The translations under genes were made by a program, and so were the position numbers. Shown piece after piece: positions 1-9,674 of a stretch of 64,000 nt of DNA. The notes beneath the pieces were generated by a model. It worked only from the letters and a program-made list of their open reading frames with translations, was not told where the DNA came from and ran no database searches. Position 1 is the stretch's first letter, and each line of letters starts with the position of its first letter. Source of the DNA: an uncultured Chloroflexia bacterium (GTDB lineage Bacteria; Chloroflexota; Limnocylindria; Limnocylindrales; CSP1-4); NCBI GenBank assembly GCA_963746845.1, contig CAVVCZ010000004.1, positions 448,001 to 512,000 on the forward strand, read 5' to 3'.

Positions 1-702
1 GAGGATCCCGCCCCGGGCGACATTGAGGAGGATCGTGCCCGGCTTCATCCGGGCGATCTGGTCGCGTCCGATCAGCCCGCGCGTCGCGCGCGTCAGCGGC
101 ACGTGAACGGTGATGACGTCGGACCGCTCGACGAGGGTGTCGAACGGCACGAGCTCCACGCCGTGGAGAGCCGCCTGCTCGGCGGTCACGAACGGATCCG
201 AGGCGAGGACCACCATCTCCATCGCGACCGCCCGGACGGCGATCGCCTGGCCGATCTTGCCGAGCCCGACGATCCCGAGCGTCTTGCCGCGCAGCTCGAT
301 GCCCGTGAACTGTGTGCGCTTCCACTCGCCGCGCCGGACCGAGGCGTCCGCCGCGGCGACCCGGCGCGCAACGCCGGACAGCAACGCGAGCGTGTGCTCG
401 GCGGCCGCGATCGTGTTGCCGGTCGGGGCGTTGACGACCGTGATGCCGGCCGCGGTGGCGGCGTCGAGGTCGACGTTGTCGACGCCGACCCCGGCCCGGC
501 CGATGACCTGGAGCCGGCTCCCGGCGGCCGCGATCACGTCACGGTCGACCTGGACCTGGCTGCGGACGACGAGCGCGTCGTAGCCGGGCAGGATCGCGCA
601 CAGCTCGTCGCGGGCGATCCCGGGCCGCTCGTCGACCTCGTGATCGGCGCGGAGTCGGGCGATGCCCTCGGCCGCGATGGGCTCGACGACCAGGATCCTC
701 AC
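1..702 (-). CDS. serA: D-3-phosphoglycerate dehydrogenase (N-terminal part; gene runs off the window start)
   Basis: Not in the ORF track. The minus strand from GTG at 702 reads VRILVVEPIAAEGI...LVVRSQ...RAGVGVDNVD...NAPTGNTIAAAEHT...GKTLGIVGLGKIG...TVHVPLT...INVARG. The start overlaps the upstream stop (GTGA). Confidence 0.9.
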   Translation of the reverse strand, partial: MRILVVEPIAAEGIARLRADHEVDERPGIARDELCAILPGYDALVVRSQVQVDRDVIAAAGSRLQVIGRAGVGVDNVDLDAATAAGITVVNAPTGNTIAAAEHTLALLSGVARRVAAADASVRRGEWKRTQFTGIELRGKTLGIVGLGKIGQAIAVRAVAMEMVVLASDPFVTAEQAALHGVELVPFDTLVERSDVITVHVPLTRATRGLIGRDQIARMKPGTILLNVARGGIL

Positions 703-1919
703 GCGGGAACCGCGGCGGCCTCGGCGGAAACCCCGGCGTCCCTCTCGGCTCCCGCGACGTCGCGGGTCTGGACCGCGAGCGCGGCCGCCTGGGCTGCGGC
801 CACGGCCCGGCCGGGCTCGATCGGGCGCCCCTGCTCGAGCGAGACGCGCTCGAGGACCGCGATCGTGCCGAGGATCTCGTCGACCGTCACCGAGCCCAGG
901 TGGCCCAGACGGAAGATCTTCCCGGTGAGCTTGCCCTGGCCGCCCGCGAGCACGACGCCGTGGGCCTTGATCGCGCTGTTGAACGGCTTCCATTCGTGGC
1001 CGTCCGGCAGCTTCGCCGCCGTGACCGTCTTCGAGGCGACGGCGTCGTCGGCGAGGAGCTCGAAGCCGAGCGCCCGGAGGCCGGCCCGGGACGCGGCCGC
1101 ACAGGCCTCGTGACGGGCGAAGACGCCGTCCTTGCCCTCGGCCGCCATGAGCCTGAGGCCCTCGTCGACCTGGTAGACGACCGCGATCGCCGGGGTGAAC
1201 GGGGTCTGGCCCGCCGCCGCCGATTCGCGATGGGTCCGGAGGTCGAGATAGAAGCGCGGCATCCGCGCGGTCTCGGTCGCCGCCCAGCCGCGCTCCGAGG
1301 CCGCGATCATCGCCAGGCCCGGGGCCGCCATCCACGCCTTCTGCGAGCCCGTCACGACGACGTCGACACCCCATGCATCCATCTCGAACGGCACCGCGCC
1401 GAGGCCTGACACGCTGTCGACGAGGATCAGCGCGTCGGGCGCCTCCTCGCGGATCGCGGCCGCGAGCGTCCCGATCGGGTTCATCACGCCGGTCGATGTC
1501 TCGTTGTGGGTCAGGAGGACCGCCTTCGCGTCCGGCATCGTCCGGAGGCGCTCCCGGACCTCCTCGGCGGCCGCGGCGTAGCCCCACTCGGCGTCGAGCT
1601 TCGTGACCTCGGCCCCATAGATCGAGGCGATCTTCGCGAAGCGATCCCCGAAGCTACCGATCGATACCCCGAGGACGCGGTCGCCCGGCGAGAGCGTGTT
1701 CACGACGGCCGCCTCGAGGCCGCCCGAACCGGCGCACGTCAGCATCGCGACGTCGCTCGTCGTGCCGAAGAACGGCTTCATCCCGTCGAGGATCCGGGCG
1801 AGCATCGCGGCGAACTCCGGCCCGCGGTGGTTGATCATCTGGCGGCCGCCGGCCTCGCGGACGGACGGCGGGAGGGCGGTCGGTCCGGGGATTCGCAGGT
1901 TGGGCTCGAAGCGGTCCAC
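699..1919 (-). CDS. Class V PLP aminotransferase (alanine-glyoxylate / serine-pyruvate family; probable phosphoserine aminotransferase role)
   Basis: IPGPT, HRGPEF, HNETSTG, DSVSGLG, GSQKAW (PLP lysine), FRLGHLG. GTG at 1919 follows an AGGAG ribosome-binding site. Coupled to serA. Confidence 0.88.
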   Translation of the reverse strand: MDRFEPNLRIPGPTALPPSVREAGGRQMINHRGPEFAAMLARILDGMKPFFGTTSDVAMLTCAGSGGLEAAVVNTLSPGDRVLGVSIGSFGDRFAKIASIYGAEVTKLDAEWGYAAAAEEVRERLRTMPDAKAVLLTHNETSTGVMNPIGTLAAAIREEAPDALILVDSVSGLGAVPFEMDAWGVDVVVTGSQKAWMAAPGLAMIAASERGWAATETARMPRFYLDLRTHRESAAAGQTPFTPAIAVVYQVDEGLRLMAAEGKDGVFARHEACAAASRAGLRALGFELLADDAVASKTVTAAKLPDGHEWKPFNSAIKAHGVVLAGGQGKLTGKIFRLGHLGSVTVDEILGTIAVLERVSLEQGRPIEPGRAVAAAQAAALAVQTRDVAGAERDAGVSAEAAAVPA

Positions 1920-2026
1920 GGGGGTCTCCTGGCACTGGGCGCGGGGTGGCGCGCGGGAACGGCGACGGTGCCCCGATGGTCGCAGAAGCGTCGCGTTCGC
2001 GCCACCGCGGGCCGTCGCCCGCGCCC

Positions 2027-2054
2027 TTGACGGGCGGACGGGGCCCTCGACAAT
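2027..2054 (+). promoter_or_regulatory. Sigma70-type promoter (TTGACG-16-GACAAT), probably leaderless transcript
   Basis: TTGACG at 2027-2032, GACAAT at 2049-2054, ATG 7 nt downstream at 2062 with no SD sequence. Confidence 0.55.
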
Positions 2055-2061
2055 GGGCGCC

Positions 2062-2496
2062 ATGCCCACCAACGAGGAGGTCGCCCACGCCTACGCCGAG
2101 GCCGCCTCGCAGCTCGATCTCGACGAGATGGCCCGGCTGCGCCACCCGGAGTGGCAGGCTCGCTGGCCGCAGTCCGGAGAGCGCGTGATCGGCAGCGACA
2201 ACTACCGGCGGATCGTCGAGGCCTACCCGGGCGGCCACGCGGTCTCGGAGATCGAGCGGGTCGTGGGTGCCGAGGACCGCTGGGTGATCACCGCGGCGAA
2301 CACCGTGCAACAGATCGTCGGCAGCGGCGACTTCTGGTGGTCGGAGTGGCGGACGACGTATCCGGACGGTCGGCAGTACCACTGTGTCGAGCTCATCGAG
2401 CTGCGCGACCACCTGGTCTGGCGGGAGACGGTCTACTGGGCGGAGCCGTTCGCGGCGCCGGACTGGCGGTCGCGCTGGGTCGGGGGCGACGGCTGA
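2062..2496 (+). CDS. SnoaL-like / NTF2-family protein
   Basis: About 144 aa with the pattern HPEWQARWPQSGERVIG...YPDG...ELRD...RETVYWAEPFAAPDWR, typical of SnoaL-like proteins. Confidence 0.75.
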   Translation: MPTNEEVAHAYAEAASQLDLDEMARLRHPEWQARWPQSGERVIGSDNYRRIVEAYPGGHAVSEIERVVGAEDRWVITAANTVQQIVGSGDFWWSEWRTTYPDGRQYHCVELIELRDHLVWRETVYWAEPFAAPDWRSRWVGGDG

Positions 2497-2540
2497 TCTG
2501 ACCATCGGCGGTACGCTGTCCGTGGCCGAGTCCGTGTCCG

Positions 2541-3620
2541 ATGGGCGACTCGCGCCCGTCGCAGATCCCGCGCCTGGTTCGTCAACCCACGGTCCGCGCC
2601 CGAACGGAGCCGCCCATTCCCGTGCCATCCGACCTCGTCCGCGTCGAGCCGACCCCGCCGCGGTTCCGCCATCGCCTGGTGCCCCACAGCGCGAAGGGGT
2701 GGTTTGCCATCCTGCTCGCCCTGGCCCTGACGGCGGGCGCCCTCGGGATGGGGGCCGTGGCGGTCAACGCGTTCGGCGTGGGCTCCCTGTTCGAGCGCCT
2801 CCAGTCGAAGATCGAGCGGATGGTGGCGGGCCCGCCACCGGATCGCGCCACGCTGCCGACGGTCGAGGACAGCGAGCCACCGGACGACACCCCGGAGCCG
2901 AGCCCGAGCGACACCCCCGAGCCGTCGACGCCCGGGCCGAGCGCCCGTCCCGGCGCGAGTCACACGCCCGCCCCGACCCCGAAGCCGACCCCGACCCCCG
3001 TCCCCCGCGTGGCCGTCGACGTCGACATCGTCGCGAAGCACGGACCGGAGTTCGCCCACGAGCTGCGTGACGACTGGTGCTCACCGGCCGGCGTCACCAC
3101 CGCGCTCGCGATCCTCGGCCTCGGCGCCCCGACGGACGCCCGCCAGAAGGAGATCGCGTCGCGCGTCCGCGAGTGGGAGAGCTACGCCGACAGCCACAAC
3201 GGCGAGTGGGGCCCGGCGGCGATGGCCCTCGCCCTCGACGCGTACGGCGCGCCGGGCTACCAGGTCGTCGCGTACCAGACCCAGGCACGGGCCCTGCGTG
3301 GGGCCGCGAAGGCGATCCTGACGACGAACTCGCCGGCGCTGCTGCTCGCGTGGCGCGGCGCCCATACCTGGGTGATGACGGGGTTCCAGGCCGACGCGGA
3401 TCCCCGGGTGTTCAACGACGCGAAGATCACCGGGACCTACATCGACGACCCGTGGTACCCGTGGGTCTCGTCGATCTGGGGCGCGTCCGATCCGCCGGGC
3501 ACGTTCCAGGACAAGGCGGAGATGGTCCGCAACTTCCTGCCGTGGAAGCGGCCGGAGGGCCACTACGCCGATCGCGACGGCAAGTTCATCGTCCTCATCC
3601 CGACGGTCCGGCGGGGCTGA
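2541..3620 (+). CDS. Membrane-anchored protein with a Pro/Thr/Ser linker and a C39-like (papain-fold) cysteine peptidase domain
   Basis: N-terminal hydrophobic helix, then a PEPSPS/PTPKPTPTP linker, then WCSPAG...AHTWVMTGF...IDDPW (Cys-His-Asp order of C39-like peptidases). Confidence 0.6.
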   Translation: MGDSRPSQIPRLVRQPTVRARTEPPIPVPSDLVRVEPTPPRFRHRLVPHSAKGWFAILLALALTAGALGMGAVAVNAFGVGSLFERLQSKIERMVAGPPPDRATLPTVEDSEPPDDTPEPSPSDTPEPSTPGPSARPGASHTPAPTPKPTPTPVPRVAVDVDIVAKHGPEFAHELRDDWCSPAGVTTALAILGLGAPTDARQKEIASRVREWESYADSHNGEWGPAAMALALDAYGAPGYQVVAYQTQARALRGAAKAILTTNSPALLLAWRGAHTWVMTGFQADADPRVFNDAKITGTYIDDPWYPWVSSIWGASDPPGTFQDKAEMVRNFLPWKRPEGHYADRDGKFIVLIPTVRRG

Positions 3621-4989
3621 CCGTCGCGACGGCGACCACCGGCGCCGGGAAGCGCCGGAGGCGAACCAGGACGAAGATCGCGAGCAGGCCCGCCTTGACG
3701 CCCGTGCCGGCGGCGTAGGCCAGCGGGATCGAGGCGATCCCGACGGTCGGTGCCAGCGACGTCGCGAGCACGACGATGACGGCGAAGCCGGCGAACGAGG
3801 CCGTGACCTGGAGCACCGTGTTATGGCTCGCGTACAGGGCACGTGACAACGGGTAGGCCAGGCTGTCCAGAGGCACGGAGATCGCGAAGAGGGCCAGCAC
3901 GAAGGCGGTCCGATCGACGTCGGACGGCAGGAACGCCCCGCCTCCGTGGACGCGCTCGATCACCGGACGGGCGAGCAGCGCGAGGAGCACGCCGGACACG
4001 GCGGTGAGCGCCGCGATCGTGACGACGTTCCGGCGGAGGATCGACCGGAATGCCCCGCGATCGCCCTCGTTCCAGGCGGCCGACAGCGCCGGAAAGACCG
4101 CGAGCGAGAACGCCGATCCGATCAGGCTGACCGGAACGACCTGGTAGTCCGCCGCGTAGTTGTACGACGTCAGCGCGCCGACCCCGATGCCTGTCGCCAC
4201 ACGGGTGAAGACCGTGACCGTGAGCGGATCGATCGGGGCGCTGAGCATCCGCGGGATCATCAGCCGGAGGAACTCGCGGAACTCCGGCAGGTGGATGTCC
4301 AGCCGCGGACGCGGCCGGAACGTGGTCCGGAGCACGCCGATCAGCCGAACCAGGAGATGGGCGGCCGCGCCGCAGACGGCCCCGATCGCCGTCCCGGTCA
4401 CTCCGAGCGTGTCGCCGAGGAGGACCGTCCCGAGGATCGCGCCGCCCGTGTACATCAGCGGCGCGAGGGCGTACGCGAAGAACCGTCGATTGGCGACGAG
4501 CACCTCGCCGAGGACGAACGAGGCGGCGAAGAACAGCTGCGCGATGCACGACAGCCGGAACAGGCTGACGTAGAGCTCACGGGTCGGCCCGTCGAACGAG
4601 GGGGCGACCCACTCGACCGTCGTTGGCGCGACGATCGCGAGGATCAGCGAGAACACGGCGATCGCGAGGACGGCCATGGTCAGGACCGTCTGGCCGAACC
4701 GGTCCGCGGCCGACGGGTTCCGTTGGGCGAGGCCCGTGAAGATCGGGACGAACGGAGCCGCGAGCCCGGCGGCGACGACGACGTCGAACACGACCTCCGG
4801 GATCCGGAAGGCGGCGATGTAGGCCTCGAACTCGGCCGACGCGCCGTACTGGGCGGACTGGACGCGGTTCCTGATGAGCCCAAGCCCGAAGAAGGCGAAC
4901 ATCAGGACCGAGAGGGTGATCGCCCCGCGCGGGAACACGCGGTACACGAGGACTCTGGAGCGGTCCGCGAGGACGCGGATGCGGGTCAT
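3595..4989 (-). CDS. murJ: Lipid II flippase MurJ/MviN
   Basis: Polytopic membrane protein with GLIRNRV, AFRIPE, FVPIF, YA..YQVVPVSLIG, VFPALS and RALYASHNT motifs. Probable ATG at 4989. Confidence 0.85.
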   Translation of the reverse strand: MTRIRVLADRSRVLVYRVFPRGAITLSVLMFAFFGLGLIRNRVQSAQYGASAEFEAYIAAFRIPEVVFDVVVAAGLAAPFVPIFTGLAQRNPSAADRFGQTVLTMAVLAIAVFSLILAIVAPTTVEWVAPSFDGPTRELYVSLFRLSCIAQLFFAASFVLGEVLVANRRFFAYALAPLMYTGGAILGTVLLGDTLGVTGTAIGAVCGAAAHLLVRLIGVLRTTFRPRPRLDIHLPEFREFLRLMIPRMLSAPIDPLTVTVFTRVATGIGVGALTSYNYAADYQVVPVSLIGSAFSLAVFPALSAAWNEGDRGAFRSILRRNVVTIAALTAVSGVLLALLARPVIERVHGGGAFLPSDVDRTAFVLALFAISVPLDSLAYPLSRALYASHNTVLQVTASFAGFAVIVVLATSLAPTVGIASIPLAYAAGTGVKAGLLAIFVLVRLRRFPAPVVAVATVSPAGPSG

Positions 4990-5106
4990 CGGGGCGCGCC
5001 GGTCGTCGTAGGCATCCATCCTCCCGGGCGATCGTACGGCGGAGGGACGCATCCGAGCCGGGCCCTGCGACGCGCAGCCCTGGGCTCGGCATCTCGTGCA
5101 ACGGGC

Positions 5107-5137
5107 TTGCAATTTCTTGCGCAACGTTGCGTAGAAT
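5107..5137 (+). promoter_or_regulatory. LacI-type operator (CGCAACGTTGCG, 5120-5131) next to the TAGAAT -10 element of the regulator gene
   Basis: Perfect 12-bp palindrome with central CG plus flanking CTTGCA/CTTGCG motifs. TAGAAT at 5132-5137 lies 6 nt before the ATG. Confidence 0.65.
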
Positions 5138-5143
5138 GCTCGC

Positions 5144-6154
5144 ATGACACGACGACTCGCGGATGTGGCACGGAAGGTCGGCGTCTCGGAGGCGACCGTG
5201 AGTCGCGTCCTGAACGAGAAACCCGGCGTGTCCGAGGAGACCCGGAACCGGATCCTGACCGCCCTCGATGTCATGGGGTACGAGCGGCCGACGAAGCTGC
5301 GCGGCGAGCGAGCGCGGCTCGTCGGCCTCGTCCTTCCGGAGCTCCAGAACCCGATCTTTCCGGCCTTTGCCGAGGTCGTCGGGAGCGCGCTTGCGCAACA
5401 GGGCTACACCCCCGTCCTGTGCACGCAGACGGCCGGTGGCGTGACCGAGGCCGACTACGTCGAGCTGCTGCTCCAGCAGCAGGTGTCGGGGGTCGTCTTC
5501 GCGGGCGGGCTCTACACCCAGGCCGATGCGCCGCACGATCACTACCGGCGCCTCGCGTCGCGCAAGCTGCCGACCGTCCTCGTCAACGCACCGATCGCCG
5601 GTCTCGGGTTCGCGACCGTGTCCTGTGACGACGGCAAGGCCGCGGAGCAGGCAGTCACCCACCTGCTGTCGCTCGGCCACACGAAGATCGGCCTGCTCCT
5701 CGGGCCGCGCGACCATGTGCCGTCGCAGCGCAAGCTGGCTGCGGCCGTGAAGGTCGCGAACGCCGCCGGCCTGCCGATCCCATCGGAGCGGATCGCCCAC
5801 TCGCTGTACTCCCTCGAGGCGGCGCAGGCGTCGGCGGTCCGGCTGATCCGTGCCGGCGTGACGGGGATCGTCTGTGCGAGCGACCCGATGGCGCTCGGCG
5901 CGATCCGTGCCGTGCGCCGCGCCGGCCTGGACGTCCCGGCCGACGTGTCGGTCGTGGGCTTCGATGACTCCGCGCTGATGAGCAGCACGGACCCGCCGCT
6001 GACGACCGTTCGCCAGCCGATCGACGCGATGGGCCGGCTCGTGATCGAGCTCCTCGTGGCCCAGATCGCCGGAGTCGCAGTCGCCCACGACGAGATGCTC
6101 TTCGAGCCGGAGCTCGTCGTCCGTTCCTCGACCGGGCCCGCTCCCACCGCCTGA
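5144..6154 (+). CDS. LacI-family transcriptional regulator
   Basis: LADVARKVGVSEATVSRVLN helix-turn-helix; SVVGFDD and PPLTTVRQP sugar-binding domain motifs. Confidence 0.95.
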   Translation: MTRRLADVARKVGVSEATVSRVLNEKPGVSEETRNRILTALDVMGYERPTKLRGERARLVGLVLPELQNPIFPAFAEVVGSALAQQGYTPVLCTQTAGGVTEADYVELLLQQQVSGVVFAGGLYTQADAPHDHYRRLASRKLPTVLVNAPIAGLGFATVSCDDGKAAEQAVTHLLSLGHTKIGLLLGPRDHVPSQRKLAAAVKVANAAGLPIPSERIAHSLYSLEAAQASAVRLIRAGVTGIVCASDPMALGAIRAVRRAGLDVPADVSVVGFDDSALMSSTDPPLTTVRQPIDAMGRLVIELLVAQIAGVAVAHDEMLFEPELVVRSSTGPAPTA

Positions 6155-6207
6155 GCCCCGGCAGGCGCCCGCGCTCGCCCGGTCCCGCGCCGGTGTGCGA
6201 TTCCTCT

Positions 6208-6252
6208 GTTGTCAAGTTCTTGCATTGTTTTGTCGTGTCTGTTACGTTGCGC
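6208..6252 (+). promoter_or_regulatory. AT-rich promoter/operator region of the GH13-ABC operon
   Basis: AAGTTCTTGCA and GTTACGTTGCG match the AATTTCTTGCG and GCAACGTTGCG motifs upstream of the lacI gene. Confidence 0.5.
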
Positions 6253-6300
6253 GACGTCGTCGCCCGGCATGCCGGGCTTCGGTCGGGCAGTGAGGGCCAC

Positions 6301-8016
6301 GTGACCGCCATCGAGCGACCGGATCTTCGAACGGACTCCCACGCCGGGCCGGTCGGGGCCGCCCGCGACTCGGCCGACCCGCGCTGGTGGCAGACCGCGG
6401 TGATCTACGAGATCTATCCGCGCAGCTTCGCCGACGGCAATGGCGACGGGACGGGAGACCTCGCGGGCGTCCGGTCGCGGCTCCCGTATCTCCGGGACCT
6501 CGGCGTCGACGCGATCTGGTTCACGCCGTGGTACGTCTCGCCCCTGTGCGACGGCGGGTACGACGTCGCCGACTACCGGGCGATCGATCCGGCGTTCGGG
6601 ACGCTCGCCGAAGCCGAGGCGCTGATCGCCGAGGCCGGCACGTTCGGGATCCGGACGATCGTCGACGTCGTCCCGAACCACGTCTCGAGCCGCCACCCAT
6701 GGTTCGAGGCGGCCCTCGCCTCGGCCCCGGGTTCGGTTGAACGATCGCGCTTCTGGTTCCATCCCGGCCGCGGAGCCGACGGGGCCGTGATGCCGACCGA
6801 CTGGGTCTCGAACTTCGGCGGCCCGACCTGGACCCGAACGACGGATCCCGACGGACGGCCGGGCGAGTGGTACCTCCACCTGTTCTCGGCGGACCAGCCC
6901 GACCTGAACTGGAACCACCCCGACGTGCGGGCGGAGTTCGAGGACGTGCTTGCCTTCTGGTTCGATCGCGGCGCCGCCGGGATCCGGATCGACTCGGCGG
7001 CCCTCCTGATCAAGGACGCGGAGCTGCCTGAGGTCCCCCCGGAGCCCGGGCCGGGCCAGCATCCGAACACCGATCGCGATGAGCTCCATGACGTGTACCG
7101 GAGCTGGCGTCGCGTCGCCGACCGCTATGACGATCCGAAGGCCCTCGTCGGGGAGCTGTGGCTCCCGGATGTCGAGCGGTTCGTCCGGTACCTCCGACCC
7201 GACGAGCTCCACACGGCGTTCAACTTCGACTTCCTCGGCCGGCCGTGGGACGCCGCGGCGCTTCGCTCGTCGATCGACATGACGCTGGCGGCACACGCGC
7301 CAGTCGATGCCCCGGCGACGTGGCTCCTCTCGAACCACGACGTCACCCGGCCCGTGACGCGTTATGGCCGGGCCGATTCGTCGTTCGCGTTCCTCGCGAA
7401 GCGGCAGGGCACCCCCACCGACGTCGCCCTCGGGCGGCGTCGGGCCCGCGCCGCCGCGCTGCTCGTCGCGGCCCTCCCCGGCTCGCTCTACATCTACCAG
7501 GGCGACGAGCTGGGACTCGACGAGGTCGAGGACCTGCCGCGCGACCGGCTCCAGGACCCGATGCACTTCCGGTCGGGCGGGGTCGATCCCGGCCGGGACG
7601 GTTGCCGGGTGCCGTTGCCGTGGTCCGGCTCGGCCGCCCCATTCGGCTTCAGCCCACCGGACGCGACCGGCGAGCCGTGGCTCCCGCAACCCGGTCGGTG
7701 GGCCGACCTGACCGTCGAGGCCGAGGCCTCGGACGCGTCCTCGATGCTCTCGTTGTACCGTTCGGCCCTCCGCCTCCGGCGGACCGATCGCGACCTGCGG
7801 ACCGAAGCCCTCGAGTGGCTGCCGTCCGCCCCCGATGTCCTCGCCTTCCTGCGCGGCAGCGGACTGGTCGTGATCGCGAATCTCGGCTCCACGCCTGTTG
7901 CCGCGCCGCGCGGCGGCGAGCTGCTGCTCGCGAGTCAGGACCTCGTCGACGGGTGCCTCCCGGTCGACGCCACCGGCTGGTGGCGGCTCGCGGGTGGCGG
8001 CGGGGACGAGCCGTGA
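6301..8016 (+). CDS. GH13 alpha-glucosidase / alpha-amylase family glycoside hydrolase
   Basis: YEIYPRSFADGNGDG, DGGYDVADY, DVVPNH, QPDLNW, GIRID (nucleophile), GELW, SNHD, YQGDELG, RDGCRVP. GTG at 6301. Confidence 0.93.
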   Translation: MTAIERPDLRTDSHAGPVGAARDSADPRWWQTAVIYEIYPRSFADGNGDGTGDLAGVRSRLPYLRDLGVDAIWFTPWYVSPLCDGGYDVADYRAIDPAFGTLAEAEALIAEAGTFGIRTIVDVVPNHVSSRHPWFEAALASAPGSVERSRFWFHPGRGADGAVMPTDWVSNFGGPTWTRTTDPDGRPGEWYLHLFSADQPDLNWNHPDVRAEFEDVLAFWFDRGAAGIRIDSAALLIKDAELPEVPPEPGPGQHPNTDRDELHDVYRSWRRVADRYDDPKALVGELWLPDVERFVRYLRPDELHTAFNFDFLGRPWDAAALRSSIDMTLAAHAPVDAPATWLLSNHDVTRPVTRYGRADSSFAFLAKRQGTPTDVALGRRRARAAALLVAALPGSLYIYQGDELGLDEVEDLPRDRLQDPMHFRSGGVDPGRDGCRVPLPWSGSAAPFGFSPPDATGEPWLPQPGRWADLTVEAEASDASSMLSLYRSALRLRRTDRDLRTEALEWLPSAPDVLAFLRGSGLVVIANLGSTPVAAPRGGELLLASQDLVDGCLPVDATGWWRLAGGGGDEP

Positions 8017-8098
8017 CCCGGGGCGGGGGAGCGATGCGGATGGGGTGAGGATCCCGGCGATGGTGATCGGCATGAGACGTGAGAGAGGAGAAAACGTG

Positions 8099-9541
8099 AT
8101 GTCGAGGAGGAGTCCGCAGCGACTGGGCAACCTGTCGCTCGTCGCGCTGGCCGTCGTCGGTCTCGCGGCAGCAGCCTGCAACTCGGCGACGACCCCGTCG
8201 CCGAGCGCAGCGCAGTCGAGTCAGGCCGCGGCACCCAGCGCCGCGCCGTCGGCGGCCGCGCAGCACGATCCGGTGACGATCTCGGTCGGCGTCCTGCGGC
8301 CGGGCGCCACGCAGGAGGCCGTCGACGCCCTGAACCTGCAGATCAGCGAGTTCGAAGCCAAGTACCCGTGGATCACGGTCCAGCCTGAGGAGTACAACTG
8401 GACCGCACCGACGTTCACCGCGGCCCTGGCCGCCGGAACGCTGCCGACCGTGTTCACGATCCCGTTCACCGACGGGAAGGGCCTGATCGCGCAGCACCAG
8501 ATCGTCAACATCGACGAGCGCGTCCGTGCGCTGGGCTACGCCGACAAGTTCAACCCGAACGTCATCGTCAACGGCCAAGACAAGGACGGAAAGATCTGGG
8601 CTGTGCCGACCGCCGCGTACGGCATGTCCCTGACCTACAACCGGACCCTGTTCAAGCAGGCCGGTCTCGATCCCGACAAGCCGCCGACGACCTGGGACGA
8701 GGTCCGTGCCGCGGCCAGGACCATCGCCGAGAAGACGGGCGTCGCCGGCTACGCCGAGATGGCCACCGAGAATACCGGCGGCTGGCAGCTGACGACCTCC
8801 ACGTACGCCCTCGGCGGCCGGATGGAGACCGTCGAAGCCGACGGCAAGGTCACCGCCACCCTCAACAACCCGCAGACCAAGGCAGCCCTCGAGCGGCTCA
8901 AGGCGATGCGCTGGGAGGACAACTCGATGGGGTCGACCTTCGACCTCGCCTGGGGCACGATCAACCAGGCCTTCGCGGCCGGCCAGGTCGGGATGTTCAC
9001 GGGCGGCTCCGACCTGTACACCGCCATGGTCCAGAACAACAGCCTGAAGCCGGACGACTACGGCGTGACGATCATCCCGCTCGACAGCAGCCCGGACGCC
9101 GGCGTGCTCGGCGGCGGCACGCTCGCCGCCGTCAACGTCGTGACGAAGGACGACGAGCGGGATGCGGCCGTCAACTGGATCGACTTCTATTACATGCAGA
9201 AGCTGCTGACCCAGGAAGGCGCCGTGGCCGACGCCCAGGCGCTCAAGGCCAACAACCAGCCGGTCGGCGTCCCGTCGCTGCCGATCTTCGACAAGGCGAC
9301 GTACGACGCCTCGCAGCAGTGGATCAAGGACTACATCAACGTCCCCACCAATCAGATGACCCCGTTCACCTCGAAGATCTTCGACCAGAAGATCGTGACC
9401 GAGCCGACGGCCCATACCCAGGAGCTCTACGCGGCCCTCGACCCCGTCGTGCAGGCCGTCCTCACCGACAAGAACGCGGACGTCGACGCGCTCCTCACCA
9501 AGGCCAACACCGACGTCCAGGCGATCCTCGACAAGGGCTGA
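8099..9541 (+). CDS. Carbohydrate ABC transporter substrate-binding lipoprotein
   Basis: AGGAG RBS, lipobox-like LAAAAC, YNRTLFKQAGLDP and PPTTWDE motifs. Confidence 0.9.
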   Translation: MSRRSPQRLGNLSLVALAVVGLAAAACNSATTPSPSAAQSSQAAAPSAAPSAAAQHDPVTISVGVLRPGATQEAVDALNLQISEFEAKYPWITVQPEEYNWTAPTFTAALAAGTLPTVFTIPFTDGKGLIAQHQIVNIDERVRALGYADKFNPNVIVNGQDKDGKIWAVPTAAYGMSLTYNRTLFKQAGLDPDKPPTTWDEVRAAARTIAEKTGVAGYAEMATENTGGWQLTTSTYALGGRMETVEADGKVTATLNNPQTKAALERLKAMRWEDNSMGSTFDLAWGTINQAFAAGQVGMFTGGSDLYTAMVQNNSLKPDDYGVTIIPLDSSPDAGVLGGGTLAAVNVVTKDDERDAAVNWIDFYYMQKLLTQEGAVADAQALKANNQPVGVPSLPIFDKATYDASQQWIKDYINVPTNQMTPFTSKIFDQKIVTEPTAHTQELYAALDPVVQAVLTDKNADVDALLTKANTDVQAILDKG

Positions 9542-9560
9542 TCGCTCCTCCTGACGAGTC

Positions 9561-9585
9561 CGGGCCCCGGCACCGCCGGGGCCCG
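9561..9585 (+). terminator. GC-rich stem-loop after the binding-protein gene (terminator or mRNA stabiliser)
   Basis: CGGGCCCCGG-caccg-CCGGGGCCCG, a perfect 10-bp stem with no U-tract. Confidence 0.55.
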
Positions 9586-9674
9586 CTCGTTACCCGGCCC
9601 CGCCCTCGGCCGGGCACTGGCATCCTTGGGGGCCGGCGCCCGTCCAGCTCGGCACAACACCCGACCAGGAGTCC

